64,000 nt of DNA from an uncultured beta proteobacterium (GTDB taxonomy: Bacteria; Pseudomonadota; Gammaproteobacteria; Burkholderiales; Casimicrobiaceae), in the NCBI GenBank assembly GCA_963724545.1, contig CAVRVC010000007.1, positions 99,162 to 163,161 on the forward strand, in the 5' to 3' direction. Shown here piece after piece: positions 37,358-48,503 of this stretch (within the stretch, counting starts at the first letter, position 1; each line of letters opens with the position of its first letter). The translations under genes were made by a program, and so were the position numbers. Below the pieces are notes generated by a model, which saw only the letters and a program-made list of their open reading frames with translations, did no database searches and had not been told where the DNA came from.

Positions 37358-39190
37358 CAGAGCGGCATGCGCAGGCCGACGGTGACGGCCCAGTAATTGC
37401 CGTCGGTGCGGCCCGCGGTGGCCGAGCCGGCGATGTACCCGGTGACGCTGCCGAGCTCGGTGCTGGCGCCGAGGTTGAACAGCGCGTAGCTGTTGTCGGG
37501 CTTCGCGACGGGGACGGAGTAGTTGCCGCCCAACGTAACCGAGGACGCGCTGATGCTGCTTGCCGGATCCTTCGAGTCGTTTTCCCAGGTGGCCCGCGCG
37601 TACGGACGGACGACGCCGATGTTGCCCGCGACCTGCCAGCCGAGGCTCCACAGGAGCTGCGTGCGCGACTGCTCGCCGTAGGTCAGCGCCGTGCTGTCCG
37701 CGCCCATTTCGGAGAACTGCTTGACCACGGCATGGGTCCACGCGAGGCGCGCGTACGGACCGTGCATCAGATCGCGCATCGTGAACCAGTAGCCGCCGAG
37801 CAGGCGCCCCGTGAATTCGTAGCCGCGGGCCTCGGCGTCTCTCGGTGCGGATCGCCGCGCCGAGGGGAATCATCCGCGTGATGTCCGAGTAGTCGAGATT
37901 GCCGGCGCCGAGCGTCGCGCCGACGTACCACGGGCCGTCGCCATAGCCCGCATAGACCGTTCCGACCGGCTGGCGCAGCGTGTAGCCGCCGCCCGGGCCG
38001 CCGAAATCGCCCTTGTTGTCCGTGTAGCCGAACATCGCGCCGACGAGCATGCGGTCCGAGACCTTCATGTCGCCGCCGACCGCGATGGTGTTCATGTGTC
38101 CGCTGCCGTTGGTCGGGCCTGCCTGCAGGTCGCCGTGGCTGTAGTCGTACGCGACCCACGCCTCGAGCTTGTTCTGGCTCGCGCGGCGCGTTGAGGCTCG
38201 ACCACATGCGGTTGTCGAGCGCGCGGAAGTTGGCCTGCTCGACGGCGAGCGGGGCTTGCGACGAGCGAGGCCATCTGCTGCGGACCGGTGATCATCGACT
38301 CCGCCGCCTGCGCAAGGATCGCGTTGCCCGCCGTCGTCGGGTGGACGCCGTCGGCGAAGAGGTACGTCGACGCCGCATTCGGCGCCACGAGATTGGCGGG
38401 CGTGCAAACCAGCGACGAGGTCGTGCAGGCACGCAGGTGTCGTTACGTTCGTGAACCCGTAAGCGGCCGGGTTGGCCACGATCTCGTTCACGAGCGCCTG
38501 CGCGTTGACCCGGATCGTCGGGATCCCGGAGGCGTTGAGCGCGCCGTAGAACGTGGTGTAATAAAGAGAGACGACCGCGCTTATCTGGCCGATCGCCGGA
38601 TTCCCGGCATACGCCGGCAGCTTGCTGACATCCGGGTAGTTCCAGACGAGGATGTATTGCGCACCGCCGGCGTGCAGCCCCGCGATCTGCTGCGCGAGTT
38701 GGTACCGCGGCCGTCCCAGGTTGGCCTGCACTTCGGCCGACGTGATCTTGCCCGATTGAAAATCGGAGTACTGGGTGAAGAAATCGTTCGCGCCACCCCA
38801 GACGGAATAGATCGCATTCGGGTCGAGCGGACCTTTGGCCGATCAACTGCTGGATCTGCGTTGCGATCGGCACCGCGCCGCTGGTCGGCGGAACGGGCGG
38901 GTAACCCGGCAACAGCGTCACGCGCGCACCGCCGTACGCGTAGTCGTTGCCACCCTGATTGGCGGGGCGGCGCGAGAAACCGAAGTACTGAGCGAACGGC
39001 TGCGCCCACACCGGACCCGGGTTGGTCGTGAACATGCCGGTACCCGGCGGCAGCACCGGCTTGTACGAGCCCATGTCCGTGTAGCTGTCGCCGAAGAAGT
39101 AGACATTCGAAAACTGGCTGCGGCGCTGCCGGAGGCGGCAAGGGCGAGCGCGATGAGCTCGCGAGCACGCTTGCGTTCGAGCTTGCGCAT
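37357..39190 (-). pseudogene. autotransporter GDSL esterase/lipase (EstA-like) with at least 6 frameshifts
   Basis: Pieces lie in three frames. Signal peptide: MRKLERKRARELIALALAASGSAAA. GDSL blocks: NVYFFGDSYTDMG, GGNDYAYGGAR, SVWGGANDFF, YLFADGVHPTTAG. C-terminal beta-barrel: ...LEAWVAYDYSHGDLQAG...GYEFTGRLLGGYWFTMRDLMHGPYARL...YWAVTVGLRMPL*. AGGAG lies before the ATG at 39190. Confidence 0.8.
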
Positions 39191-39325
39191 GGGATGGCTC
39201 CTGGAGAGACTTGCGTCGGCGGATGGAACTGGGTCGAACGGCGCTCATTTTAGCCGAATTGACGTGGCCATCATCGCCGCGTCGCCCGGTCAACGCCGCC
39301 GAGTCGCGCCGGCCGTTGAGCGCAC

Positions 39326-41215
39326 ATGTTCGGACGCCAATCGACGACTCTCGCTTTCTGCGTCGGCGGGACGACGCTTCCTTGCGGTGATCGCATGGCT
39401 CGCGGCGTTCGCGCTGGCGGCGCTTCCGTATGCCGGGACGGGCGCAGGACGAGGATCTGCCGGGGCGCGTCGGTCGCGTCGCGGACTTCGCCGGACAGCT
39501 CTTCCTGTCGCCGGACGATCGTCCCGACGAGTGGGAAGCGATCGGCGTCAATTATCCGGTCACCTCCGGCGGCAACCTGTGGGTGTCGGGGGACGGACGC
39601 GCCGAAATCGACTACGGCGGCGGGCAGTTCCGGCTCGCCGGCGACACCAACGTGCACGTGTCGCGCCTCGACGATCGGCAGCTCGCGCTCTTCGTCGCGC
39701 AAGGCCGGCTGATCGTCCGCGTCCGCTCGCTCGATCCGGGCGACGCGACGCGCATCGACACGCCGAACACGCAGGTTACGCTCGACGCGGGCCGGTCTCT
39801 ATCGCATCGACGTCGCGCCGGACGGGCAGACGACGTCGCTCACGGTGCGCGAAGGCGAAGCGGAGATCGCGCTCGCGAGCGACATCCAACAGGCGCTTCC
39901 GGGCCAGATCGGTGATGGTCGCCGGCACGGATGCTTCCGTCGCCGACATCCGCTACGCGCCGGCGTCGACGGCTTCGACACCTGGAGCGCCGATCGCGAC
40001 CGGCGCTACGATCGCGCGCGATCGGCGACCTACGTGTCGCGGCAGATGGTCGGGTACGCGGATCTCGACGACTACGGATCGTGGCAGACCTATCCCGACT
40101 ACGGCGCCGTCTGGTTTCCGACGGCCGTCGCGCCGGACTGGGCGCCGTATCGGCGACGGCTACTGGACGAACGTCGGGGCTGGGGCCCGACGTGGGTCGA
40201 TCATCGCGCCCTGGGGCTATGCGCCGTTCCACTACGGTCGCTGGGCCCACATCGGCGGTCGTTGGGGGTGGTGCCCCGGCGCGTACGCAAGGCGTCCGGT
40301 CTGGGCGCCGGCGCTCGTCGCCTGGTACGGCGGCTCGAGCTGGGGCCGCACCATCGGGCATGGCGCGCCGGTCTACGGCTGGGTGCCGCTCGGGCTGGCG
40401 GCGAGGCGTATCACCCCTCGTGGCGCCAGTGCTCGTACAACTGCTGGGCGCACTACAACCGGCCCTATGCGGTGAACGTCACGGTGCGCCCGAGCGCGCC
40501 GCCCGGCGCGCTATGCGAATTTCGCCGTGCCGGGCGCAATGTCGGCCGTCACGGCCTCGACGCTCGTCGGCCGAAGGCCGGTGACGCCGAATCTGCTCCG
40601 AAGTTCCCGCGCCGCTCGCGACATCGCGCGCCCGTCATGGCGAACGCGCCACCGCTCGCGCCTCGGCAGCGGCCGCAGCCACGCGTCGCAGCCGAGCGTC
40701 GGTGAGCGGCCGGCAGGTACCGCCGGCTGCCGGCGTCCGCGTACGCGAGGACGCCGCGGCCCGAACCGGTCAATCCACGCGGAAGCTCCCGTCCTTCCGT
40801 GGTCGCCTGGCGCCGCGGCCGCGACGCCTGGCACCGCAGCACCGGTCCGCGACGCCTGCCGACCGGCTGGCCCGACGACCGTCCTCGCCGGCACAGGGCG
40901 CGCACGGCCGCGAGTCGGCCGGTCCCTCGCCGCGCCCGCGAGTCGCCCGTTGCGCCGAGCCGCGTGGCTCCGCCGCCTGCGCGCGGTGCCGCCGATCGCA
41001 CCGGCGCAGCCGGGAGCGGCCGGGTCGCGTCGGTTCACCGGCCGCCGGTGACGGTGCCGCGCGGCCCCGCCGGCACCCGCGCAGGTCGCGCCCGCGCCGC
41101 AATGCCTCAGGGACAGGCGGCGCCTGCTGCGCCACCGGGCGGAAGGGCGGGACGCGCCGGAGGCGACAGGCCGGCATCCGAGCCGCCGCAGGCGGGAGCC
41201 CCCGCCGTCAAGTAG
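39326..41215 (+). pseudogene. secreted FecR-domain protein with a W/Y/G/P-rich C-terminal region, at least 10 frameshifts, 3' end uncertain
   Basis: Signal peptide: RRFLAVIAWLAAFALAALPYAGT. FecR-like part: LPGRVGRVADFAGQLFLSPDD...GGNLWVSGDGRAEIDYGGGQFRLAGDTNVHVSRLDD...RIDTPNTQVTL...LYRIDVAPDGQTTSLTVREGEAEI. Aromatic region: DLDDYGSWQTYPDYGAVWFPTAVAPDWAPYR..GYWTNV..GWGPTWVD..APWGYAPFHYGRWAHIGGRWGWCPG. A Pro/Arg/Ala-rich tail is open in several frames. Confidence 0.65.
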
Positions 41216-41221
41216 CGGCGG

Positions 41222-41659
41222 TCAGTTGGCGAGAAGCGCGAGGCGCTTGCCGCCGTCGACGAGCTTGACGCGCTCGCCCTCCGTGCACGGTCGGCTGGTT
41301 GGAGTAGGTGGAAGGTCCGCGTGCTGCCGCCGTCCATCTTGATCGTGACGATCCAGTAGGACTTCGTCGTTCTTGTTCTTCTTCGACCGTGTTGCCGACG
41401 TACGCGCCGCCCGCCGCGCCGGCGATCGTCGCGACCGTCTGGCCGGTGCCGCCGCCGATCTGATGGCCCAGCACGCCGCCCACGACGCCGCCGGCCACCG
41501 CGCCGAGGCCCGAGCCGCTTGCCTTCCTCCTCGACGAAGCGAATCGACTGGACCTGCCCGCAATCGTTGCACGGCGTCTGCGCGAGGGCCGCGCCGCCGG
41601 GCAAAGCGCGAGCGCCGCGAGGGCGACCGAACCCGCGCGACGACAGCGAAGCGTGTCAT
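41222..41659 (-). pseudogene. glycine-zipper 2TM (SlyB/17-kDa-antigen-like) outer-membrane lipoprotein with at least 6 frameshifts in 438 nt
   Basis: AGGAGA lies 7 nt before the ATG at 41659. Pieces: MTRFAVVAR | AGSVALAALAL | LPGGAALAQTPCNDCGQVQSIRFVEEEGK | ASGSGLGAVAGGVVGGVLGHQIGGGTGQTVATIAGAAGGAYVGNTVE | ..KSYWIVTIKMDGGSTRTFH | ..YSNQPTVH | EGERVKLVDGGKRLALLAN*. Confidence 0.75.
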
Positions 41660-41709
41660 GGCAAATCTCCTCATCGTCGACGCTGTCGCGCGACCATCGC
41701 GCACGGCAC

Positions 41710-43541
41710 TCAGTTTCCGTCGGCGCGCATCCGCGCGTAGGCACCGGGCGCCGCCTCGATCACCTTGAGCTTGCCCTTGCCCAGGAGCGCGCGCCGGAAC
41801 CTGCGCGTCCGAGGCTGCGGCGCGATCCACGCGCGCCAGTGGTCCCACCACGAGCCTTCGTGCTGCTTCGCGCCCGCGAGCCATGCGTCCGGCGACTCGG
41901 GCAGCTTGTCGTTCGTCCAGAAGCCGTACTTGTTCGCCGACGGCGGGTTGATCATGCCCGCGATGTGGCCCGAGCCCGACAGCACGAAGCGCGACTTGCC
42001 GGAGACGAGCTGCGGTCCGGCGTACGTCGTCTTCCACGGCGCGATGTGGTCCTCGATCGCCGAGACGAAGTAGGTCGGCACCGTGATCTTCGACAGGTCG
42101 ATCGGCACGCCGTCGAGCGTGATGCCGCCCGGCTCGCGCAGCAGGTTCTTCATGTACATGTTGCGCAGGTAGAAGCTGTGCATCGTCGCCGGCATGCGCG
42201 TCGAATCGCAGTTCCAGTGCAGGAGGTCGAACGGGAACGGATCGCGGCCCAGCAGGTAGTTGTTGATGACGAACGACCAGATGAGGTCGTTCGAGCGCAG
42301 CATGTTGAACGTGTTCGCCATCTCGCTGCCTTCGAGATAGCCGCGTTCGCTCATCTTGCGCTCGAGCGAGGCGACCTGGTCCGTCGTCGATGAACACCTC
42401 GAGCTCGCCCGCGCGCGAGAAGTCGACGAGCGACGTCATGAACGTGGCGCTGACGATGCGCCGGTCCTTGCTTCGGCCGCCATGTAGGCGAGCGTCGCGG
42501 CGAGCAGCGTGCCGCCGAGGCAGTAGCCGAGCGCGTTGACCTCCTTCTCGCCGGTGGCCTTCTCGATCGCGTCGAGCGCGGCCAGCGTGCCTTCGGTCAG
42601 GTAGTCCTCGAAGTCCTTGTGCGCGAGCCTGCGCGTCGGGATTGACCCACGAGACGACGAAGACGGTGATGCCCTGGTCGGTCGCCCACTTCACGAACGA
42701 GTTCTTCTCGCGCAGGTCGAGGATGTAGTACTTGTTGATCCACGGCGGAATGACGAGCAGCGGGCGCTTCGCCACCTTCGCCGTCGTCGGCTCGTACTGG
42801 ATGAGCTGCAGCAGGTCGTTCTGGAAGACGACCTTGCCCGGCGTCGTCGCGATGTTGACGCCGAGCTCGAAGGCCTTCGGGTCGGTCATCGAGATCTTGA
42901 GCTGGCCGTTGCCGCGCTCGATGTCGTCGAGCAGGTTGTGGAGTCCCTTGACGAGGTTCTGGCCGCCGGTGGCGATCGTCTCGCGGAACACCTCCGGGTT
43001 GGTCAGCGCGAAGTTCGACGGCGCCAGCGCGTCGATGTATTGCCGCGTGAAGAAGTCGACCTTTCGCTTCGTCGCCTCGTCGAGCCCTTCGACGCTGCCG
43101 ACGGCGTCGTGCATCCAGTGCGCGGCGATGAGGTAGCTCTGCTTGATGTAGTCGAACAGGAAGTGCTGCTCCCAGTCCTCGTGCTTGAAGCGCTTGTCGC
43201 CCTTGACCGGCGTCGGCGACGGGATCGGGGGCCCCGCCCATCAGCTTCACCGTCGACGCCTGCCAGAGGCTCATGTAGTCCCACCACAGGTTCATCTGCG
43301 CTTCGGCGAGCCGGTACGGGTTCGCGAGCATCTTCGCGGCGAGCTCCATGAACGCCTTGCCGATGCCGAGCTCGTCGGCGACGAGCGACTTGCCGGATTC
43401 CGCCTGGCGCGCGGCGAACTCGCCGATTACCTTCGCGCTCTTCTCGGCCGCCGTGCGCAGCGACTCGGCGAGCGCCACGGGATCATGGGTGGGGGCGGGC
43501 GCGGCGTCCGGCGCGGCACGGGTCTTGGCGGTAGCTGACAT
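41710..43541 (-). pseudogene. phaC: class I poly(3-hydroxyalkanoate) synthase with five frameshifts (about 43225, 42628, 42474, 42467, 42382)
   Basis: MSATAKTRAAP...NLWWDYMSLWQ | KGDKRFKHEDWEQHFLFDYIKQSYL...PLLVIPPWINKYYILDL...VSWVNPDA | [10 protein letters not shown]...[12 protein letters not shown] (lipase box GxCxGG) | ..[17 protein letters not shown]...EVFIDD | DQVASLERKMSERGYLEG...HIAPW...SGHIAGMINPP. Confidence 0.88.
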
Positions 43542-43579
43542 GGCGATGGCTTTCGTTGGGCGGGGAGGCGCAGGACGGA

Positions 43580-44637
43580 TTATCCTGACGGGCGGAGCGA
43601 ATCGTATCGTGCCGGCCACGTCGACAAGGCGCCCGAGCCTCGCCGCGCGCCAGAGGTGGTTGAGATGGGCGATCGCCTCGCCCATGGCGAAGTAACGCTG
43701 CTGGAGGTCGAGCACGCGCCGGAAAAGGACGGGAACGAGATCGGCGGCGCAGAGCGGCTCTGCCGCGGCGCCGCACCGCATCCTCGAGCTCGCGGAGCCT
43801 CGCTTCGTGGTGCGCGCGGAGTTGCCCGACGCGAAGCGCGATGCCGCGGAACGGCAGGCCATGCGACGGCAGCACCAGCGTGTCCCCGGGCAGTTCGAGG
43901 AAGGCCGATATCGAATCGAGGAACCGCCGCAGCGGGTCGCCGTCGGGGTCGAACGCGTGGACGCTGACGTTCGTCGAGATCTTCGGCAGCAGCATGTCGC
44001 CGGAGATGAGCACGCCGCGCTCGGCGCTGTGGAGCGCCGCATGGTCCGGCGAGTGCCCGTGGCCGGTGACGATTCGCCACGCCGTGTCCCCCGCGGGCCA
44101 GGCGTCTCCGTCCTGCATGGTGTCGATCGATTGCGGCAGCTCCGGCACGCCGCGCCGGTAGAGATTGCCGCGCTTGCCGAGCGCGTCCCGGTCCGCCTCT
44201 GCCATGCCGTGCCGGCGAAAGAGCTCGATCGTCGCTTCCGGTGTGTGGCCGCCGAACGCCCCCGCGACCGCGTGGGCCGTGAGGTACTCCGCGTGGGTCA
44301 TGGCAACGGGGGCGTCGAAGCGCCGGGAGAGCCACGCGGCGTTGCCGAGGTGGTCGGGGTGATAATGCGTCGCGACGATGCGCCGGATCGGCGTCGCGCG
44401 GAGCGTCGCCGCGATGTGGCGCTCCCAAAGCGCGCGGGTCGGCGGATCGCCGAAGCCGCAGTCGACCAGCGTGCATCCGCCATCCCGCTCCGGGAGCAGC
44501 CAGAGATTGATGTGGTCGAGCGCGAACGGCAGCGGCATCCGCAGCCACAGGATGCCTGGCGCGATCTCCAGCACTTCGCCCGGCGGCGGGGGAGCGGCGA
44601 CCGGGTACTCGAGGGCGCCCGCGGCCGAAGCGCTCAT
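43580..44637 (-). pseudogene. MBL-fold metallo-hydrolase, about 2 frameshifts in the C-terminal quarter (about 43775 and 43600)
   Basis: ORF 43483..44637(-): ...RRIVATHYHPDHLGNAAW (HxHxDH)...TGHGHSPDH...ISGDMLLP...LPSHG. After ...ARLRELEDA the plausible continuation EPLCAADLVPVLFRRVLDLQQRYFAMGEAIAHLNHLW lies in another frame. The likely stop is the TAA at 43580-43582. Confidence 0.7.
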
Positions 44638-44871
44638 TGGTGCACCCTCGGCGCTGCGCGCCTTCTCTCCGAGAGGGGCGATGAGCGCCTCGGGACGGCC
44701 CGGCGGCGCCTACCGGCGGGCATCGGACGCGGGAGGCGGGCTGAGGGTCGTCTGGCGCGGGAGAGGGGCGACTGACATCGTCAGGAAGCGGCTTTTGTGC
44801 AACGCAACATCCTCGGGGAAACCCCCAAGGCTGTCAAGCCGATATGCTATCGTGACAGAGCCGTACGTGCG

Positions 44872-45369
44872 ATGCGCCTTTCTGCGCGCCGCCGCGCTCC
44901 GATGCCCGCCGTCAACGCCCCTGGTGGCCACGCCAAGTCGACTGCTCCGCCGCGGTCGGGGCCGAGCTATTCCATTTCCGAGCTCGCGCAGGAGTTCGCG
45001 CTCACCACCCGCGCGATCCGCTTCTACGAGGACCAGGGCCTGCTCGCGCCCAGGCGGCGGGGCCTTGCCCGCATCTACGGCGAGCGGGAGCGCACCCGGA
45101 TCAAGCTGATCCTGCGCGGCAAGCGCCTGGGTCTCGCGCTCTCCGAGATCCGCGAGCTCTTCGACATCTATGCGACCGCCGGCAACGAGCGGGCGCAACT
45201 CGAGAAATTCCTCCAGATGCTCGCCGAGCGGCGCGCGATGCTCCATCAGCAGCGGGAAGACATCGACGCCGTGCTCGCCGAGATCGCGTTCATCGAGCGC
45301 GATTGCCGGCGGCGCCTGAAGCTCGAGGCGGCCGCGGCCGGCGAGGCTCCTGGTGCCGAGGTCAGTTGA
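44872..45369 (+). CDS. liuR: MerR-family transcriptional regulator (LiuR-like)
   Basis: YSISELAQEFALTTRAIRFYEDQGLLAPRRRGLARIYGERERTRIKLILRGKRLGLALSEIRELF. It sits directly upstream of ivd. The start is ambiguous (44797, 44872 or 44902). Confidence 0.82.
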   Translation: MRLSARRRAPMPAVNAPGGHAKSTAPPRSGPSYSISELAQEFALTTRAIRFYEDQGLLAPRRRGLARIYGERERTRIKLILRGKRLGLALSEIRELFDIYATAGNERAQLEKFLQMLAERRAMLHQQREDIDAVLAEIAFIERDCRRRLKLEAAAAGEAPGAEVS

Positions 45370-45374
45370 TCTTG

Positions 45375-45390
45375 ACGTTTACGTAAACGT
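45375..45390. promoter_or_regulatory. perfect 16-bp palindrome, candidate LiuR operator overlapping a TTGACG -35-like hexamer
   Basis: acgtttac|gtaaacgt. It lies 6 nt after the liuR stop and 62 nt before the ivd ATG, and it is the most AT-rich spot in this spacer. Confidence 0.6.
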
Positions 45391-45451
45391 AATGTACGGT
45401 CAGCGATTCGCCCGGCCCTAGCCGCACAGACGATTCGCCCACACGCGAGAC

Positions 45452-46629
45452 ATGACGATGCTGGACATTCCCGCCATCGACTTCCATCACGGCGACACGA
45501 TCGACATGCTCCGCGCGACGGTCCGGCAATTCGCCGCGGACGAGATCGCGCCGCGCGCGGCCGAGATCGACCGCGCGAACCAGTTTCCGCACGACCTGTG
45601 GCGCAAGATGGGCGACCTGGGCCTGCTCGGCATCACCGTCGACGAGGAGTACGGCGGCACCGCGATGGGCTACCTCGCGCACGTGGTCGCGATGGAGGAA
45701 GTGAGCCGCGCGTCGGCGGCCGTCGGTCTCTCGTACGGCGCCCATTCGAACCTCTGCGTGAACCAGATCCAGCGCAACGGCAACGCCGCGCAGAAGAAGA
45801 AGTATCTGCCGAAGCTCGTGTCGGGCGAGCACGTCGGCGCGCTCGCGATGAGCGAGCCCGGCGCCGGGTCGGACGTGGTGTCGATGCGGCTCAAGGCCGA
45901 GCGTCGCGGCGATCGCTATGTGCTGAACGGCAGCAAGATGTGGATCACGAACGGTCCGGACGCGCGACACGCTGGTCGTCTATGCGAAGACCGACGTCAA
46001 TGCCGGGCCCGCGTGGCGTGACGGCCTTCCTGGTCGAGCACGGCATGAAGGGCTTCTCGACCGCGCAGAAGCTCGACAAGCTCGGCATGCGCGGATCGAA
46101 CACGTGCGAGCTCGTGTTCGACGGACTGCGAGGTCCCGGCCGAGAACATCCTCGGCGCGGAGGGCCGCGGCGTCAACGTGCTGATGAGCGGCCTCGACTA
46201 CGAGCGCGCGGTGCTCGCCGCCGGGTCGCTCGGCATCATGGCCGCGTGCCTCGACGTCGTGCTTCCGTACGTGCACGAGCGCACGCAGTTCGGCCAGCCG
46301 ATCGGCGAGTTCCAGCTGATGCAGGGCAAGCTCGCCGACATGTACACGACGTTCAACGCGGCGCGCGCCTACGTGTACGCGGTCGCGCAGGCGTGCGATC
46401 GCGGCGGAGACCACGCGCAAGGACGCGGCGGGCGCGATCCTGTTCGCGAGCGAGAACGCGACGCGGATCGCGCGGCGAGGCGATCCAGTGCCTCGGCGGC
46501 AACGGCTACATCAACGACTATCCGACCGGCCGGCTGTGGCGCGACGCCAAGCTCTACGAGATCGGCGCGGGCACCTCCGAGATCCGGCGGATGCTGATCG
46601 GCCGCGAGCTCTTCAACGAAACCAAGTGA
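45452..46629 (+). pseudogene. ivd: isovaleryl-CoA dehydrogenase with five +1 frameshifts (about 45965, 46011, 46123, 46406, 46473)
   Basis: ...[11 protein letters not shown]...[13 protein letters not shown]...MWITNGPDA | [15 protein letters not shown] | [15 protein letters not shown]...[10 protein letters not shown] | [11 protein letters not shown]...[11 protein letters not shown]...ACDRG | [22 protein letters not shown] | [39 protein letters not shown]. Confidence 0.88.
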
Positions 46630-46645
46630 TGGCGGGAGCTCTGCA

Positions 46646-47834
46646 ATGCTGAACGATCCGGTCGTCATCGTCGGCGCGGCGCGCACGCCGATGGGCGCGT
46701 TCCAGGGCGATTTCGCACCGCTCGCCGCGAGCGACCTCGGCGCCGTCGCGATCAAGGCGGCGATCGCGCGCGCCGGCATCAAGCCCGAGGACGTGCAGGA
46801 AGTGATCATGGGCAACGTGCTGCCGGCGGGCCAGGGCCAGGCGCCGGCGCGGCAGGCCTCGCTCAAGGCCGGCGTGCCGCTCGTCCGCCGGCTGCACGAC
46901 GGTCAACAAGATGTGCGGCTCGGCGATGAAGGCGGCGATGCTCGCGCACGACGGGATCGTCGCCGGCTCGGCCCAGATCATCGTCGCGGGCGGCATGGAG
47001 AGCATGACCAACGCGCCGTACCTGATGCCGAAGGCGCGGTCGGGCTACCGCATGGGCCACCAGACGGTCTACGACCACATGTTCCTCGACGGCCTCGAGG
47101 ACGCCTACGAGAAGGGCCGGCTGATGGGCACCTTCGCCGAGGACTGCGCGGCGAGCTTCGAGTTCACGCGCGAGGCGCAGGACGCATTCGCGCTGGCGTC
47201 GCTCTCGCGCGCGCTAGCGCGCCAACAACGACGGCACCTTCGCAGGGGAGATCGCGCCGGTGACCGTCACCGGGCGAAAGGGCGACGTCGTCATCGACAA
47301 GGACGAGCAGCCGGCCAAGGCCTCGCCCGACAAGATCCCGACGCTGAAGCCGGCGTTCCGCAAGGACGGCACGGTGACGGCGGCCAACTCGAGCTCGATC
47401 TCCGACGGCGCCGCGGCGCTCGTGCTGATGCGTCGCTCGACCGCCGAGAAGCGCGGGCTTCGCGCCGCTCGCGGTGATCATCGGCCACGCGACGCATGCG
47501 CAGGAGCCGGCGCTGTTCACGACGGCGCCCGGTCGGGGCGATCGAGAAGCTCTACCGGGCGACCGGCTGGACGACGCGGACGTCGATCTCTTCGAGATCA
47601 ACGAGGCGTTCGCCGTGGTCACGATGGCGGCGATGAAGGAGCACGGCATCGCGCACGACAAGGTCAACGTGCACGGCGGCGCGTGCGCGCTCGGCCATCC
47701 GATCGGCGCGTCGGGCGCGCGCATCGTCGTCACGCTGCTCGGCGCGCTTGCGCAAGCACGGCAAGAAGCGCGGCGTGGCGAGCCTGTGCATCGGCGGCGG
47801 CGAAGCGACCGCGATGGCGATCGAGCTGCCGTAG
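46646..47834 (+). pseudogene. acetyl-CoA C-acetyltransferase (thiolase) with about 7 frameshifts
   Basis: [16 protein letters not shown]...[22 protein letters not shown] | ..[14 protein letters not shown]...[11 protein letters not shown] | ..[10 protein letters not shown]...[18 protein letters not shown] | ..[19 protein letters not shown] | [13 protein letters not shown] | [12 protein letters not shown]...[20 protein letters not shown] | ..[20 protein letters not shown]. Confidence 0.85.
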
Positions 47835-47854
47835 TGCGCGGGCACTGACTGATC

Positions 47855-48488
47855 TTGCTGCCGCTCGACACCTGGCTCCTGTTCTGCCTCGCCTGCGTCG
47901 CGCTCGTCGCGACGCCGGGGCCGAGCATCGCTCTATCTCGTCTCCCGCACGCTCGCGCAGGGCCGCGCGGCGGGCTTCGTCTCGCTCTGCGGGACGTCGT
48001 CGGGCTTCGCGCTCCACGCGCTCGCCGCCGCGTTCGGGCTGTCGGCGCTGCTCGCCGCGGTGCCGCTCGCCTACGAGGTCGTGCGCTGGCTCGGCGCGGC
48101 CTATCTCGCGTGGCTCGCCGTGGGACGTGGCGCGCCGCCGCGACGACGCTGCGCCGGGAGCCGCGCCGGCCGAGGCTCCGGCCGCGCAGCTCTTCCGGCA
48201 GGGCCTGCTGACCGCGATCCTCAATCCCAAGGTCGCGCTGTTCCAGCTCGCGTTCTTTCCGCAGTTCGTTGACGCCGTCCGCCGGCAGCGTGCTGGCGCA
48301 GAGCCTCGTGCTCGCCGCGACACAGCTCGCGATCGTCGTCGCCGGCGATTCGCTGTTCGTGCTTCGCCGCGACCAGCGTGCGCCGGTGGCTCACGCTCCG
48401 TCCGGGGTGGGGGCGCTCGAGCCGCCGCGCGCTCGCTCTGGTCTTCGCAGCGCTGGCCGCGCGTCTCGCGTGGCAGGATCGCCCGTGA
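47855..48488 (+). pseudogene. LysE/RhtB-family amino-acid exporter with about 4 frameshifts
   Basis: TTG start (uncertain). [18 protein letters not shown] | [31 protein letters not shown]...AYLAWLAVG | ..[28 protein letters not shown] | ..[26 protein letters not shown] | ..[18 protein letters not shown]. Confidence 0.7.
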
Positions 48489-48503
48489 AGGCCGGGTGAG
48501 GCG

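Noticed and set aside
40700-41215. Multiple overlapping 130-190-aa ORFs in all six frames (for example 40702..41268, 40770..41177, 40799..41215, 40511..41038)
   Set aside because: This is a Pro/Arg/Ala low-complexity, stop-free GC-rich tail of the FecR-like gene. There is no independent coding evidence, and I treat it as one frameshifted 3' region with an uncertain end.
43527-43534. GGCGGTAG, an ops/JUMPstart-like octamer
   Set aside because: It lies on the strand opposite phaC, within phaC codons 3-5, and is not upstream of any polysaccharide operon. Chance occurrence is likely in GC-rich DNA.
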